From a virus: DNA of 64,000 nt. A model generated the notes under the pieces. It was not told where the DNA came from. It made no database searches and saw only the letters and a list, made by a program, of their open reading frames with translations. Below are positions 1-10,288 of the stretch, piece by piece. Positions within the stretch are counted from its first letter, which is position 1, and the number at the start of each line of letters is the position of its first letter. The stretch is taken from the IMG/VR virus record IMGVR_UViG_3300021093_000006; one strand, 5' to 3'. Both the position numbers and the translations under genes were made by a program.

Positions 1-324
1 TTGTTGAGCATCAGGTTTTCTAACAATAGTAATAAATGGTAATTTTATATTTTTATCAATATCAGTATATTGCCAAGTTTTAGAAAATTCTGCCCATCTT
101 TGTGCACTTAAAAATATAACAGGTACTTTCTCACCTGCCAAACTTAAATCAATATCGTTATTAAGATAGTTAATGATTTCCCCATCCATATCCTCGTGAA
201 GAATACCTTTGGGTAAATATGTCCCTTTATTAGCGATATCATCCAATATACTCTGTCTCTGCTCAAAACCTTGTTTATGAGGAGTTATATTTACATATTT
301 TCTATAATTTTTTGGTAATCCCAT
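1..324 (-). CDS. Probable tail completion/terminator-type virion protein, 5' part (runs off the left edge)
   Basis: Not in the ORF track. Translated by hand from ATG at 324, which overlaps the TAA of the upstream gene: MGLPKNYRKYVNITPHKQGFEQRQSILDDIANKGTYLPKGILHEDMD...QRWAEFSKTWQYTD...LPFITIVRK, open to base 1. It follows a gp14-like gene as gp15 does in T4. Confidence 0.5.
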   Translation of the reverse strand, partial: MGLPKNYRKYVNITPHKQGFEQRQSILDDIANKGTYLPKGILHEDMDGEIINYLNNDIDLSLAGEKVPVIFLSAQRWAEFSKTWQYTDIDKNIKLPFITIVRKPDAQQ

Positions 325-836
325 TATATTCCGTTAAATTCGTCTAAGTCTGTTGGTACACAAGTTATTGTCCTATAAAATCCTTTATACCCACCTATTG
401 TATGGGCATTATCTGAAAATATTTTTCCGTCATTTGATACTGTAAAATATTTTATTTTTGTTTCTGTTTCTGGATAGGCAATGTAATCACCATAACTTAT
501 ATCTACACCTAATTCATTTAATTGATCTTGATAGACACCTAAAGTAATATTACCCCTTTCTAGTAATCTTAAAGAACCGTCACTATTATAACTTTTATTT
601 GTTGGTGTTGCGTAATTAAAACTAACAGGAATTTCTATAGGAGGTTTAAATCTTATTTCATTTTTACCTGCCTCACCATAAATATCATCATTAGTCGTTT
701 CAGTTCTATCAACACGATAAAGAATTACTTTGATGTTAATATCACCTTCTAACCATTCCCTACCAAAATCAATTTCTAATTCAAAATCATCTTGCGAAAA
801 AAATTTGTTTAAACGTTCTATTGGCACTTTACGCAT
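324..836 (-). CDS. Head-closure/neck protein, T4 gp14-like
   Basis: 170 aa with VILYRVD...DDIYGE motif and beta-rich C-terminus (ITLGVY, GDYIAY, FTV) typical of head-closure proteins; close to the gp13-like gene. Confidence 0.6.
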   Translation of the reverse strand: MRKVPIERLNKFFSQDDFELEIDFGREWLEGDINIKVILYRVDRTETTNDDIYGEAGKNEIRFKPPIEIPVSFNYATPTNKSYNSDGSLRLLERGNITLGVYQDQLNELGVDISYGDYIAYPETETKIKYFTVSNDGKIFSDNAHTIGGYKGFYRTITCVPTDLDEFNGI

Positions 837-881
837 ATTATTAAATCTATTTATAGATAAATATTTATTTTTAAGAAAAAA

Positions 882-3794
882 TTGTGTATCTTTGAAAATA
901 TGTTAGATATTAAAGACATAAACAATTTAGATACTGATACTTTATTGTCTTCTTATGAGGGTAAAAACCCTTATATTAGATTTATGAAGAAAAAAATGGA
1001 TACTGAAAAGAATTATTTTTTAACTAATAGTCAATCTAATTATATTAAAACTTATTATTATTTTGAACCAAAAGAAATAAATAAAGTCATTGAATTGACT
1101 GAGTATTTCTCTGAACAATTAAAAGAAGAACATAAATTAAAAATTTCACCTAAAAAAATTTTTATAGATACATTATTGGCGGAATCCGAAAAAGCAATTC
1201 ACGTTCTTTGTAAATTACATAAAAAACAAGAAGATTTTAAAATATTGTGGATTCCTAAAACACAACTTTTAGATGACATTCATTATGAAGAACTTAATAT
1301 TGATATTGATTTTGAAAAATATGTTGATTTAGATAAGAGAGGATGGAAGGCATTTAAACATCAGGAAGATGGTATTAAATTTCTTATAAACAATAAGAAA
1401 TGTATTTTGGCGGATGATATGGGATTAGGTAAATGTCAAAGTGTTGATTCTGAAGTATTTACTCCATATGGTAAAAAAAGGATTGGGGATGTAATACCTG
1501 GTGATTATGTTATTGGTTCTGATGGTAAACCTACAATTGTTGAGGCAGTATATCCACAAGGGGTGAAAGATTTATATAGAATAACATTTAATGATGGTTA
1601 TTCTATATTAGTTTCTAAAGATCATCTATGGACTGTAAGTAGTAATAATAGTGGAGAAAATTCTAAAAATAGAGAAAATAAATACCATACATTAAGTGTT
1701 GAACAAATGTTGGATGAAGATTTAGTTTTAATAAAAAATGGTATAGGGTGTAACGAAAAAAAACCTTATAAATTCAATACGTTTTATAAAACTAAAAATG
1801 GGCAGAATAAATGGCAAATACCTATTGTAAAACCCATAGAATTTACTGTCGACAAAACTTTACCGATTAATCCATATTTATTGGGTATCTGTTTGGGTGA
1901 TGGACATATAAAAGATGTATCAGTTAAAGTAGATGTCCATAAAGATGATTTTGATGAATTATTTTCAAACCAAACAATAAAAGAAAATAAACCACAAAAA
2001 AATTTAAGATGTGGTTCTATATTTTTATCAGAATCATTAAAAGAACTTAAAATTAATCAAACTAGATCATATAATAAATTCATACCTGACATCTATAAAT
2101 ATTCGTCAATTGATGATAGACTGTCTTTATTACAAGGTCTTATGGATACGGATGGACATTGTATGAAATCAAAAAAAGGTAATTTTACTGGTACTGAATT
2201 TTCTACATCATCCGAAAAACTAGCAGACGATGTTGCAGAAATTGTTCATAGTCTTGGGGGTATTGTTAGAAAAAAAAGTAGAATACCTACTTATACTTAT
2301 AAAGGAAAAAAATTAAAAGGTAGATTAAATTACAGACTTAACATTAAATTACCAAAAGGGATGAATCCATTCAGACTAAAAAGAAAGTCTGAAGAATATA
2401 AAACTTCTGAAAAATATAAGATAGGTAGATATATTACAAATATACAATTAGAAAAACAAGGTGAAACGGTATGTATTCAAGTTGATGCTAAAGATCACCT
2501 ATATGTAACTGATCATGGTATTGTTACTCACAATACCTATCAGTCTATAGTTGCCGCATTAGAAAGTGATTCTGAAAGAGTTTTAATTATTTGCCCATCA
2601 TCACTTAAAATAAATTGGAAACGTGAGGTTGAAAACTTTTGTGATGATGTGTCTATCATAAATGGGACTTATTGGAATCCTTCTAGATTTACAATCATCA
2701 ATTATGATATACTGAAAAATTTTCATACGGTAAAAGAGAGGGGTAAAGACTATGAAGATTGGGAAATTCGTAAAGAATTATTAGAATTTAATCCTGATTT
2801 AATTATTTTAGATGAAGCGCATTACATTAAAAATCATAAAAGTATAAGGGGTAAAATTATAAAAGATGTATCAAAAACGTTTAAAAATTCTAGGGTATGG
2901 TTATTAACTGGTACACCTATCGCTAATAGACCGATGGATTACTATAACTTACTATCTATAATTGATTCTCCAGTTGCAAATAATTGGGTTCATTATGCTA
3001 AAACATATTGTGCAGGATCTAGATTTAAGAAAGGTGGTAAATTTGTTTGGGTTACCAAAGGATCATCTAATTTAGATGAATTATCTACTAAAACTAAAAG
3101 AACTATTCTTAGACGTAAAAAAGATGAGGTTTTAGATTTACCTGAAAAATTAATTACTCCAGTTTATTTAGAATTACAGAATGTTGGTGGTTACGAAAAT
3201 GTATGGAATGATTACTTAAATAAACGTAAATTAGCTGGTAAAAAAGGTAATCCTGCAAAAGATTTAGTGGAAACCACATTATTAAGAACTTTTATTGCAA
3301 TGGAAACCGTTCCATATACTATTGAGAAAACTGAAGAGGCGTTAGAGTTAAATAAAAAAGTAATCATATTTTGTAACTTTAATGATGAAATGGATGAATT
3401 TGTTAGATATTTTGGTAAGAAGGCGGTTTGTGTTAGAGGTGGTATGACTGATAAACAAAAACAACATTCTGTCGATAGATTTCAAAAAGATGATAGTTGT
3501 ATGGTTTTTATTGGGCAAATAAAGGCGGCAGGTGTTGGTTTAACTTTAACTAAAGCGGAAATTGTTATTATGAATTCTTTGGATTGGGTACCAGGTAATC
3601 ATGAACAAGCCGAAGATAGGGCGTATAGGATAGGACAAAAAGAAACTGTTAATATTTATTATATGTTAATAGATGATACCATAGATACAATTATATGGAA
3701 TATATTAAATAATAAAAAGAAAGTTATCGGAACTATAATGGGTGAAGATGAAATAATAAATGAATTCATAAATAAAATAGAAAATGGAAACTGA
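882..3794 (+). CDS. SNF2/SWI2-family helicase containing an intein
   Basis: Motifs ADDMGLGK|T (Walker A, split by the intein), CPSSLK.NW, LDEAH (Walker B), LTGTP, GVGLTL, QAEDRAYRIGQ. The real start is probably ATG at 900, just after a TATCTTTG promoter element. Confidence 0.93.
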   Translation: MCIFENMLDIKDINNLDTDTLLSSYEGKNPYIRFMKKKMDTEKNYFLTNSQSNYIKTYYYFEPKEINKVIELTEYFSEQLKEEHKLKISPKKIFIDTLLAESEKAIHVLCKLHKKQEDFKILWIPKTQLLDDIHYEELNIDIDFEKYVDLDKRGWKAFKHQEDGIKFLINNKKCILADDMGLGKCQSVDSEVFTPYGKKRIGDVIPGDYVIGSDGKPTIVEAVYPQGVKDLYRITFNDGYSILVSKDHLWTVSSNNSGENSKNRENKYHTLSVEQMLDEDLVLIKNGIGCNEKKPYKFNTFYKTKNGQNKWQIPIVKPIEFTVDKTLPINPYLLGICLGDGHIKDVSVKVDVHKDDFDELFSNQTIKENKPQKNLRCGSIFLSESLKELKINQTRSYNKFIPDIYKYSSIDDRLSLLQGLMDTDGHCMKSKKGNFTGTEFSTSSEKLADDVAEIVHSLGGIVRKKSRIPTYTYKGKKLKGRLNYRLNIKLPKGMNPFRLKRKSEEYKTSEKYKIGRYITNIQLEKQGETVCIQVDAKDHLYVTDHGIVTHNTYQSIVAALESDSERVLIICPSSLKINWKREVENFCDDVSIINGTYWNPSRFTIINYDILKNFHTVKERGKDYEDWEIRKELLEFNPDLIILDEAHYIKNHKSIRGKIIKDVSKTFKNSRVWLLTGTPIANRPMDYYNLLSIIDSPVANNWVHYAKTYCAGSRFKKGGKFVWVTKGSSNLDELSTKTKRTILRRKKDEVLDLPEKLITPVYLELQNVGGYENVWNDYLNKRKLAGKKGNPAKDLVETTLLRTFIAMETVPYTIEKTEEALELNKKVIIFCNFNDEMDEFVRYFGKKAVCVRGGMTDKQKQHSVDRFQKDDSCMVFIGQIKAAGVGLTLTKAEIVIMNSLDWVPGNHEQAEDRAYRIGQKETVNIYYMLIDDTIDTIIWNILNNKKKVIGTIMGEDEIINEFINKIENGN
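1434..2534 (+). mobile_element. Intein (367 aa) with LAGLIDADG homing endonuclease in helicase Walker A
   Basis: Starts CQSVDSEVFTP directly after GLGK and ends VTHN before Thr (TYQSI). Internal LLGICLGDG and LLQGLMDTDG motifs. Removal restores GLGKT. Confidence 0.93.
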
Positions 3795-4053
3795 TGTAAG
3801 AGTAAAAGTATTTTCAATGAAAGGATGCCCTCATTGTGAAAAATTAAAAAGTAAATTAAATGAAAATAATATAGATTATATTGATATTGATATTGACGAA
3901 CATGAGGAATTATATAATAATTTTTCTAAAAAAGTTAACAATGAATATCTGCCAGCAATTTTAATGGATAGAACTGCGTTTGTACCTGAAAAATCTTTTA
4001 ACACTATTGATGAGGCAGTGAGTCTAATAAAGAATCAATTACTTAAAGATTAA
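3784..4053 (+). CDS. Glutaredoxin/NrdH-like redoxin
   Basis: 89 aa; VFSMKGCPHCEKLK active-site motif and YLPAI cis-Pro loop. Confidence 0.85.
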   Translation: METDVRVKVFSMKGCPHCEKLKSKLNENNIDYIDIDIDEHEELYNNFSKKVNNEYLPAILMDRTAFVPEKSFNTIDEAVSLIKNQLLKD

Positions 4054-4424
4054 TTTCTATTTTCATCATTTTTTTTTGAATTCAGATGGATATTACCGTC
4101 CCAATAATTAGGTGTATGTTCATCTATAAATTTTGCAATCCTATTAATTAGATTATTTTCATTTTTGTCATTTTCTTCGTCATGCCCAAATCCATTTGTA
4201 CCATTATGACCATAATCATGCATTAAATCTTTTTTAAATTCAATAATCTCCTCCCTTAATTTTTCGTCATCACATTCTTGATATGCATTTTCTATTAATC
4301 TAAGGGCATCTACCAATATCTGTTGAGCTTTATATAGTGAAGAAAAACAAGCATTTTTTCTACCATCTAGGGGATCACCCAATTCATTTTCATAAGACTC
4401 TTTTAAAAAATATTTAAATTTCAT
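4050..4424 (-). CDS. Hypothetical acidic protein with basic leader ending LKE
   Basis: 124 aa ORF starting MKFKYFLKES, with ATAAATATC motif just upstream. Confidence 0.6.
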   Translation of the reverse strand: MKFKYFLKESYENELGDPLDGRKNACFSSLYKAQQILVDALRLIENAYQECDDEKLREEIIEFKKDLMHDYGHNGTNGFGHDEENDKNENNLINRIAKFIDEHTPNYWDGNIHLNSKKNDENRN

Positions 4425-4795
4425 TATTTTAGTGTTAATAAATATCTTAATTTATTTAATGAACCCATTACTTCATCTCTGATATTTAATAAATCACTAT
4501 CATTTTCTTCATTAAGTTTTTGATTTAAACTTTTTAACCAAGAAATATTTTCCTTAATAAAGGAATTTAAATCTAATGAATCAGTATTTTTTAAAATAAT
4601 ATTACCTTCACCACTATTAAAAGATACTCTACCGTATTTACCCATGTAAATTTCGATAAACTCATCAATAAAACTATCCAATGATTCATATATTGATCCA
4701 TATGCATTATGTTTTGCATATGATTTTGTTTGCCAATGTAATATTCTAAATTGTTGTTGCATCCCAACAAATTTTAAAATTAATTCTTCTTTCAT
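4424..4795 (-). CDS. Ferritin-like four-helix protein (DUF5856/Dps-like)
   Basis: LHWQTKSYAKH...YESLDSFIDEFIE and IRDEVMGSLNKLRYLLTL match the ferritin-like proteins common in T4-like phages. Confidence 0.75.
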   Translation of the reverse strand: MKEELILKFVGMQQQFRILHWQTKSYAKHNAYGSIYESLDSFIDEFIEIYMGKYGRVSFNSGEGNIILKNTDSLDLNSFIKENISWLKSLNQKLNEENDSDLLNIRDEVMGSLNKLRYLLTLK

Positions 4796-4816
4796 ACTTT
4801 TTAGTTTTTACATTTA

Positions 4817-4836
4817 ATAAATATTAGATATTTATA
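4817..4836. promoter_or_regulatory. Back-to-back ATATTTAT motifs (putative divergent late promoters)
   Basis: AATAAATATT at 4817-4826 faces the minus gene and GATATTTATA at 4827-4836 faces the gp13-like gene. The same motif recurs upstream of many structural genes. Confidence 0.5.
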
Positions 4837-4846
4837 AATAAATATA

Positions 4847-5995
4847 TTGAATATGCCAAATTCATTAAATGATAATTTAAAAAACGAATTGTTCACACAA
4901 ATAAAACATAGATTAGGTGCACCTATTCGTAAAATTGAATTGGATTGGGATCAAATGAATTCTCTATTGGAAACTGCAATTGAGGATTATGCTCAACGAG
5001 TTCAAGATTGGTTAATAGAAAACCAATGGTCATCTGTATTAGGTAAAGATGCTGATAAAATTGATATTGCATTTGCATTAACGACTAGATCTTTAGACTT
5101 TGAAAGCACTTTTTCTTATGCCTATTCTAAGCAAGTTGGTTTACAACAAAGAGGTCCTTGGGAACTTAAAAAAGATTACGTAACAATAATAAAAAATCAA
5201 CAAGTATATCAGATACCAGCTGGAAGAGAAATTAATGAAATATTATGGTTAACCCCAAACTCAACTGATCACGCACTTTATTCATTTGCGGGATTTGGTG
5301 ATTATGGATTTGGTGGTGGATTCGGACAAGTCCCTTTTGCTGGTTGGGGGCAAGGTGGTGGATTAGGTAATGGTGGATTCTATGTTGCACCCGCATTTGA
5401 TGTATTGCTTAGATCCAGTGATTTTAGTTTAAAATCTAAATTATTGAGGAGTGAATTATCTTACAAAGTTACTGCGGGTCCAGATGGGACTAGATTATTA
5501 CATCTTATGCCGATACCAGGTAGTAGACTTTCATTTGCTGGTGGTGGTTTAGTAGGCGGACAAGTAGGGTTGGCAGGAACTAAGGTTTGGTATCACTATT
5601 ATGATGCTGGAGACGATAGAGACAAATGTTTAGAAGAAAATCCTGACATAATTAAATTACCTAATGATGTACCTCTATCTAAAATAAGGTATTCTGATTT
5701 AAATGAACCTACAAGAATATGGGTTAGGAGATATTTGACTGCATTATTCAAAGAAGCTTTAGGTAGAGTAAGAGGTAAGTTTGGTGGGGCATTAAAAGTA
5801 CCTGAAGCCGAATTGACTATGGATTTTGATAGTCTTCTAAATGAAGGTAAAGAAGAACAATTAAAATTATTAGAACAATTAGATTTAAGATTAGAAAAAC
5901 TTTCTAATGTAAAACAATTAGAGAATAAAGCGTTAGAGGCAGAAAATCTTAATAAATCATTGACTTATCGGCCTTTGGGTCTTTACGTCATATGA
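4847..5995 (+). CDS. Neck protein, T4 gp13-like
   Basis: N-terminal IKHRLGAPIRKIELDWDQMNSLLETAIEDY and C-terminal WVRRYLTALFKEALGRVRGKFGG motifs as in gp13. Likely start ATG 4853. Confidence 0.8.
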   Translation: MNMPNSLNDNLKNELFTQIKHRLGAPIRKIELDWDQMNSLLETAIEDYAQRVQDWLIENQWSSVLGKDADKIDIAFALTTRSLDFESTFSYAYSKQVGLQQRGPWELKKDYVTIIKNQQVYQIPAGREINEILWLTPNSTDHALYSFAGFGDYGFGGGFGQVPFAGWGQGGGLGNGGFYVAPAFDVLLRSSDFSLKSKLLRSELSYKVTAGPDGTRLLHLMPIPGSRLSFAGGGLVGGQVGLAGTKVWYHYYDAGDDRDKCLEENPDIIKLPNDVPLSKIRYSDLNEPTRIWVRRYLTALFKEALGRVRGKFGGALKVPEAELTMDFDSLLNEGKEEQLKLLEQLDLRLEKLSNVKQLENKALEAENLNKSLTYRPLGLYVI

Positions 5996-8900
5996 GAATT
6001 CATCTTCTATACCGTAATCCTCAAACATATAAGTAGGTGAGATACCTATTCTATTCCAGAATTCTAATTCCTCATCAGTAATAGTTAATAAATCTTCTAA
6101 CTTATCCTGATCACTATCATTGAATGGTTTTCCAGAAGTTAATGTTAATTCTTGTGCGGTAAAGTATTTTCTTTCTAATGGGGAAGTTATTAAAATTTCA
6201 TCTCTCACTGATGGATCAAAACAAACTAATAATGGTTTAACCCTTTTATTAAATGCATCTAAGTACCTATCTATATTGTATTCGCCAGTTGCATTAGGAT
6301 CATTTTCTATTAATTCGTTAGGTATATAATTACAATTTACAGTAATTTCTATTTTAGATGGATCAGGTAACTTACCATTATTAATGTAATATAATTCAGT
6401 TTCCTTTTTTGTAAATTTACTATGTGCCTTTGTTTGAACATCCCCGTGTGATTTTTTTGTTCCTGTATTGACATAATAAATTGTATCACCTAAATTAACA
6501 TTCAAACCCTCCTTCATAATTAATTCCATATGTGCCTGTCTAGCCATAGAACCACCTGATTTATTAGTAGTTTTCATCTTCTTTTTATATGCGTCTAACG
6601 AAATTCTAACTCTAGCCTTATTAGCAATTTTAGATAGTGGAATTTCTTGATTATAAATCATTTCTATTGTTTCATAATATTCATTTACAAAACCTAAACC
6701 ATCTCCATCTAATAATAATTTAATTCCTTTATCTATGAATTCTGAAATATAAACTGGCATTTTTTTAGATTTAATAGAGTTACCGACTAATTTAACTTTA
6801 CCATCGATTAAATCTGCATAATTTTTTCTAGATAAATTAATGGTTGACGAACATATCTCATCTACATCTAATCCCATTACACCTTTCATATATTTATCAT
6901 TATATTCTGCAACTACTGCAGACATACCTTTATATGTTTTACCTAATTCATTAAAATGGTGATTACCATTAGATGTATAAACAAATCTATCTACATCTTT
7001 AGGTACAGAAAAGTTAAATCCATCGGTATTATGTGCAATAATTCCACCTATACCACATACAAAAGTACCATCTTCTGTTGATATGTCGTAAACATATTTA
7101 TTTTTATCTTTATTTTCGATTACTTCATTTTTCCAAACTTCGTCACTTTTCTTTTTAGTTTTATTGGTAAATGATGAATTGTTACGATTACTATTTTTTA
7201 GGTTAAAATTTATAAAATTTTGTCTATCTTTTCTGGTTTTAATTTTATAATCAATACCTAATTCTTTTAAAATTAATGAAATTCCTGACATTGCAACTTG
7301 TGATTTCATACCTATATCTGAACATGTTTCTATTGAATCCCCGTAACCATCAGAAGAAAAAACACCATTAATAAATGCCATTTTAATTTCTTTTGTAGAA
7401 TTTAATATAATTTTAGGAATTTTCTTTTCTCTATATGAAGTATAAAAGTTGTCACAAAAAGTTTTAGAAAATTTACTATTATAAACCACCAAATTATATA
7501 CACCTGAAGATTTAATATGGTTCTTTATTACCCCTTTTACGGAAAATTCATTATTAAGAATTTTTTGTAGTTTTTCTAATAATTCTATTCTTGAATTAGA
7601 AATTTTCCAATCACTTCTTTTACCTTTATTATATTTTATCACACCAGTTTTACGTGAAATATATTTTTGTTTTCTACTCGAACATATAGATGACCCATCA
7701 CCTAAGAAAAAACCATATAAAAACGCCATTTCCTCATTTATAACAGTAATTAAATCATTATTTACTGGTAAATCATAGATATCAATTTTATCACTTCTTT
7801 TTAATGAAGATGGTTTCACTTCAACACCGTTTTGGAATAACGAATGATCCTCGGTAACATTTATTAGTCTATCTTTAGTACTTATCCTATGAATAGTTTT
7901 ATTTGTTTCGTGACGATATACATATTTTATTTCTTTCCATCCATTACGAGTTAAAACCTCAAACTCTTTCCCTTCAAAGTCTCTTAATTTTTCAATATCT
8001 AAAAATTCAGAACTTTCATTAAATAAATCACATATAGGTAAGATATCTATGTAATTGTTATCTGATTTATATCTAATATAAATTGGTGTGTCGTAAGTAA
8101 CCGAATCACCTACTAATGGTTTAAAACCTTTATGTGAAAAGAATCTAATCATATGTCTTAGATATTGTCTACCTGTACATGTAATTTTTTCACCCATATC
8201 TGAATCACCCCACGGATAAACATTTGGTGCTGAAATAGATCCAAACATACCATTATTTAAAATTTTTAAGGGTAATTGTTTTTTATCATAATACGCAGAT
8301 TTTTCGGAATCACCTTCTGAAGAGTATTTCTTTTTCAATTCCTTATAAAGATTACGGTAATCATAGTTATACTGTAATAAACCTCTCATTGCGCCCATTA
8401 CATCACAATCAGTAAAAACATTATGAGTTAATTGTATTGATGGGTAAAGAGAAGCAAAGTCAAACTTAACTACATTCTCACTAAAACCTACTTCTAATAA
8501 TCTAGATAATCCACCTATGAAACCTTTTGACGGCATAGTATGTGGTATGGCAATGCCACTTCTATAATACCAACCCAGCATAAGAAGTTTCCAAGTTGCT
8601 GCAGTACCCATAGTCGATGCCCTCATAAATGATGTTGGTAACACTTTAGATAATAAAAAAGTTGCCTGATTAAAAATATTGTCTACTTTTTCTGTTTCCC
8701 ATAAGTCATCGATTAAGTATCTTTCTACTATGTAAGAACCTTTAACTTTAATAGTATTTTCATGAATTTCATCATCTTTAATTTTCCCCCATTCACCCCT
8801 ACTATCATCAAACCAATATTCATTTTCTTTATCCTCATAAATTTTACTAATCTTATCTCCTTGTATATAAACTCGATTAGGTTTAGCTACCTTAGAATAT

Positions 8901-9859
8901 TTTGTAATATACTTTAGTCCTGCCTCTTTAATTGATGAATTAATTGCCTGAGCCCTTCTTACTGCGTGATACACATCCATTATATTATAACCCCACATAT
9001 GAGTTTGTTCATAATCTTCCATTTCTGGACCCATTTTCAGTGTTTGAGTTTTTCTATAAAATGATACATTACCTAATGTTTTGGCAATTTTAGTAATATC
9101 TAAACCTAATATTTTACACCTTTCAGTTATAAAATACCAGTCAAAGTTTTCGGAGTTATATCCAGCTATGATTGCGGGTTTCAAATAATTAATTACTTTA
9201 AAAAAGGTTATAATAGCTTCAGATTCTCTTCTACGTAAAGTTTCTTCGTCATCACCATCGATAGAAATAACGTGTTGAAAATCAATATTATCTTTCATAC
9301 CTATTTGAAAAATTCTACTAACTTTAGGATCTAAACCTGTTGTCTCTAAGTCAAAAGAAAGTCTATGGACATCATTATATTCGTCCATACCCTTAAATAA
9401 TCTTTTACCTGTTTGTATTAAAAATTGTTCAGTAGGACTTATAGTTAGAAAATTACCTCTATTTTCATCGGCATAAACATCCATATTACCTTTATTAAAG
9501 AAATTTAATAAATCCCCATAAGAACCTTTTGTTCTAACTAAAAATTTATAACCATTTTCTAAACGAGAAACTGTTTCCCCATTTTCGTCTTCTATTGATA
9601 ACGGTATGAATTTAATTTTATATTCCTTAATTTTATTCTTAATTTCTTTTCTATCTCCACCGTATAACTTATTTATATCTAAACTCTTCATCCATAAAAA
9701 TGGTGTGAATTTATGTTTTTCTATACGTTTACCCTTTTCTGGATCGTGTATGATTAGATATACTTTATTTTCATAGTAAGAAGATTCAACCCCCACTATA
9801 TACTTTTGTTCATCATAACCCTCTAAATATTCTTTGATGTCTTCTACTGATGCAGGCAT
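5957..9859 (-). CDS. Family B DNA polymerase (gp43-like) containing an intein
   Basis: Exonuclease SFDLETTG and YNSENFD; polymerase DFASLYPS, KILNNGMFG, GD|TDG (split by the intein), KNYA. Confidence 0.95.
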   Translation of the reverse strand: MPASVEDIKEYLEGYDEQKYIVGVESSYYENKVYLIIHDPEKGKRIEKHKFTPFLWMKSLDINKLYGGDRKEIKNKIKEYKIKFIPLSIEDENGETVSRLENGYKFLVRTKGSYGDLLNFFNKGNMDVYADENRGNFLTISPTEQFLIQTGKRLFKGMDEYNDVHRLSFDLETTGLDPKVSRIFQIGMKDNIDFQHVISIDGDDEETLRRRESEAIITFFKVINYLKPAIIAGYNSENFDWYFITERCKILGLDITKIAKTLGNVSFYRKTQTLKMGPEMEDYEQTHMWGYNIMDVYHAVRRAQAINSSIKEAGLKYITKYSKVAKPNRVYIQGDKISKIYEDKENEYWFDDSRGEWGKIKDDEIHENTIKVKGSYIVERYLIDDLWETEKVDNIFNQATFLLSKVLPTSFMRASTMGTAATWKLLMLGWYYRSGIAIPHTMPSKGFIGGLSRLLEVGFSENVVKFDFASLYPSIQLTHNVFTDCDVMGAMRGLLQYNYDYRNLYKELKKKYSSEGDSEKSAYYDKKQLPLKILNNGMFGSISAPNVYPWGDSDMGEKITCTGRQYLRHMIRFFSHKGFKPLVGDSVTYDTPIYIRYKSDNNYIDILPICDLFNESSEFLDIEKLRDFEGKEFEVLTRNGWKEIKYVYRHETNKTIHRISTKDRLINVTEDHSLFQNGVEVKPSSLKRSDKIDIYDLPVNNDLITVINEEMAFLYGFFLGDGSSICSSRKQKYISRKTGVIKYNKGKRSDWKISNSRIELLEKLQKILNNEFSVKGVIKNHIKSSGVYNLVVYNSKFSKTFCDNFYTSYREKKIPKIILNSTKEIKMAFINGVFSSDGYGDSIETCSDIGMKSQVAMSGISLILKELGIDYKIKTRKDRQNFINFNLKNSNRNNSSFTNKTKKKSDEVWKNEVIENKDKNKYVYDISTEDGTFVCGIGGIIAHNTDGFNFSVPKDVDRFVYTSNGNHHFNELGKTYKGMSAVVAEYNDKYMKGVMGLDVDEICSSTINLSRKNYADLIDGKVKLVGNSIKSKKMPVYISEFIDKGIKLLLDGDGLGFVNEYYETIEMIYNQEIPLSKIANKARVRISLDAYKKKMKTTNKSGGSMARQAHMELIMKEGLNVNLGDTIYYVNTGTKKSHGDVQTKAHSKFTKKETELYYINNGKLPDPSKIEITVNCNYIPNELIENDPNATGEYNIDRYLDAFNKRVKPLLVCFDPSVRDEILITSPLERKYFTAQELTLTSGKPFNDSDQDKLEDLLTITDEELEFWNRIGISPTYMFEDYGIEDEFSYDVKTQRPISQ
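7028..8104 (-). mobile_element. Intein (359 aa) with LAGLIDADG endonuclease in PolB motif C
   Basis: Begins SVTYDTPIY after LVGD and ends IIAHN before TDG. Internal FLYGFFLGDG and FINGVFSSDG motifs. Confidence 0.92.
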
Positions 9860-9883
9860 AACTATCCTTTTAATAATTTAGGA

Positions 9884-9914
9884 CAAATATAATAAATTAT
9901 TTTTAATTAATCAA
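9884..9914 (-). promoter_or_regulatory. Bacteroidota-type housekeeping promoter for DNA polymerase
   Basis: Minus strand reads TTG-N20-TATATTTG about 25 nt upstream of the polymerase ATG, matching the TTTG-N19-21-TAnnTTTG consensus. Confidence 0.7.
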
Positions 9915-10279
9915 TTATCTAAGACATTAATATATAACTCGTCTCTAATTGGTGCAATTAATGTTCCTGTACCATCTAAAAAATTAATGGTAAAATAACC
10001 GTTATATCTACCAGATTTACTCGTTTGAATTTCCGTAAATTGGTATGTAATATAATAAGTAGGTGTTATAGTATTTTCACAATCATTCGATACTACCATT
10101 TCTATTTCAGATTGTGAACAAGATATTCTTTTAACTTTGGTTTCTACGTCATACATAGTAAATGTAATTGTAGCATTTTGTATTTTTTCATAAAATTTAC
10201 GAAAATCATTTCTACCATCATTAACTAATTCCATTTTTAGTTTAGGTAACGTACTATTTTTGTTGATAAAAAATTCCAT
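9911..10279 (-). CDS. Small beta-rich virion protein (BppU/Ig-like)
   Basis: Beta-strand pattern (ITFTMYD, YYITYQF, YNGYFTINF) at the end of a fibre operon. Confidence 0.45.
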   Translation of the reverse strand: MEFFINKNSTLPKLKMELVNDGRNDFRKFYEKIQNATITFTMYDVETKVKRISCSQSEIEMVVSNDCENTITPTYYITYQFTEIQTSKSGRYNGYFTINFLDGTGTLIAPIRDELYINVLDN

Positions 10280-10288
10280 TTTTATTTT

